Positions 62,822 through 64,000 of a DNA stretch of 64,000 nt are shown piece by piece. The translations under genes and the position numbers were made by a program. The notes below the pieces were generated by a model. That model worked only from the letters and a program-made list of their open reading frames with translations. It was not told the DNA's origin and ran no database searches. Source of the DNA: Candidatus Latescibacterota bacterium (GTDB lineage: Bacteria; Latescibacterota; UBA2968; GCA-2709665); assembly GCA_965248435.1 (NCBI GenBank), contig OZ252100.1:4320001-4384000 (forward strand). The letters are read 5' to 3'. How positions within the stretch are numbered: the stretch's first letter is position 1; each line of letters starts with the position of its first letter.

Positions 62822-63217
62822 TTGGGAGCTGCCGAGTTTATAAGACAGATCGGGCTAGTCTGCGTCGTGGTCCTCGCCCTCGGGACCTATCCGATCTACG
62901 CCTACTCAGGCGTTGCTTCCCTGCTGGGGTTTGTGGCGGGATGCGGGATCGGCGCCCTGAACGTCCTGGTGGGCTGCCTGTCTGCGGTCTGGGCGTTCGA
63001 GAAGCCTCACGGGGTGTTCTTGAGGACTATCCTCGGAGGGATGTTGATTCGGCTGATCGGCGTCGGCCTGGCCTTTTTGCTCATGATCAAGTATACACAC
63101 GTGGACGTCCTGGCTCTGACCCTGTCGCTGATCTCGTTTTTCGTCGGGTTTCAGATCCTTGAGATTCGGTTTCTGATGAGACGGTTTCCCGCCCAGGTCT
63201 CGAAGGAAGGGATTTGA
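62822..63217 (+). CDS. atpI: ATP synthase protein I-like (4 TM)
   Basis: Four hydrophobic segments, GGMLIRL, immediately upstream of atpB. Confidence 0.65.
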   Translation: MGAAEFIRQIGLVCVVVLALGTYPIYAYSGVASLLGFVAGCGIGALNVLVGCLSAVWAFEKPHGVFLRTILGGMLIRLIGVGLAFLLMIKYTHVDVLALTLSLISFFVGFQILEIRFLMRRFPAQVSKEGI

Positions 63218-63220
63218 GAT

Positions 63221-64000
63221 ATGGCTGAGGGCAGCGCACAGAAAGCGGGACAACAGGCGTCCGAGGAGGGAGGGGACTTCCTGATGGATCATATCCTCGA
63301 CTCCTCGGAACTCCATCTCCCCTGGGGACACCTGCACCTGCCTCACCTCGAACTGTTCGGTATCGACCTGTCGATCACTCGAGCCGTCGTGATGATGTGG
63401 GTCGCGTCACTATTCCTGCTGGTTGTCCTCACGATTTCGGTTCGGCGTCGGGGGCTGGTGCCGTCGGGGTTTTCGAACGTGGTCGAGGCCCTGGTCGTCT
63501 ATATCAGGGACGAGATCGCGGTCCCTAACATCGGCGTGAAGGAGGCTGGGCGGTTCCTCTCCTTCCTACTTACTGTTTTTTTCTTTATCATCACCTGCAA
63601 CCTGCTGGGACTGATCCCGTACGGGGCTACGGCCACGGGGAATATCAACGTGACCGCGGCGCTCGCCATCTGTTCGTTCATCGTCATTCAGGTTGGCGGC
63701 ATTGTGCACAACGGATTTTTCGCCTATTTCAGGGGGCTCATCCCGCACGGTTTACCCTTCTGGCTGCTCCCGATCATGATTCCCATTGAGATCGTGAGCC
63801 TGTTCGCAAAACCGTTTGCCCTGTGCATCCGTCTCTTCGCAAACATGACAGCGGGCCACATCGTGATTCTCTCTATGCTGGGGCTGATCTTCACCTTCAA
63901 GACCCTCGCTGTGGCACCGGCTTCCGTCCTATTCGCGGTGGCGGTGAATATGCTGGAAATCTTCGTGGCACTTATTCAAGCTTACATCTTCACGCTTCTT
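63221..64000 (+). CDS. atpB: F0F1 ATP synthase subunit a (3'-partial)
   Basis: Own translation: NLLGLIP, TATGNINVT, KPFALCIRLFANMTAGH, LEIFVALIQAYIF. Confidence 0.95.
   Translation, partial: MAEGSAQKAGQQASEEGGDFLMDHILDSSELHLPWGHLHLPHLELFGIDLSITRAVVMMWVASLFLLVVLTISVRRRGLVPSGFSNVVEALVVYIRDEIAVPNIGVKEAGRFLSFLLTVFFFIITCNLLGLIPYGATATGNINVTAALAICSFIVIQVGGIVHNGFFAYFRGLIPHGLPFWLLPIMIPIEIVSLFAKPFALCIRLFANMTAGHIVILSMLGLIFTFKTLAVAPASVLFAVAVNMLEIFVALIQAYIFTLL

Overview
Bacterial chromosomal window; the gene style suggests an FCB/PVC-like lineage such as Latescibacterota, but this is inference only. Bases 1-29.9 kb hold a large surface-polysaccharide cluster: a 2OG-Fe(II) oxygenase, GT4s, a Wzy-like protein, five SAM methyltransferases, AsnB, a bi-domain oxidoreductase, heparinase II/III, AlgD, O-antigen-ligase/TPR proteins, a frameshifted initiating phosphoglycosyl transferase and two decayed genes. 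A glnK-amtB operon sits inside this cluster. Bases 30-42 kb hold sdhCAB, a TPR-like ORF, fumC, an IS30 element, wecB and a convergent E. coli-type frdABCD. Bases 42-48 kb hold a serine hydrolase, a DSD1-type PLP enzyme, a DCC protein, trpS with a complete Trp-leader-peptide attenuator, a GNAT and a GT2. Bases 48-64 kb hold a complex I operon (nuoA-CD-E-F-G-H-J-K-L-M-[IT-family antiporter]-N) that lacks nuoB and nuoI and runs into the atp operon. Many intergenic spaces carry inverted arrays of degenerate 7-mer repeats and REP-like palindromes, and the IS30 inserted into one such repeat. No rRNA, tRNA or CRISPR array was seen.
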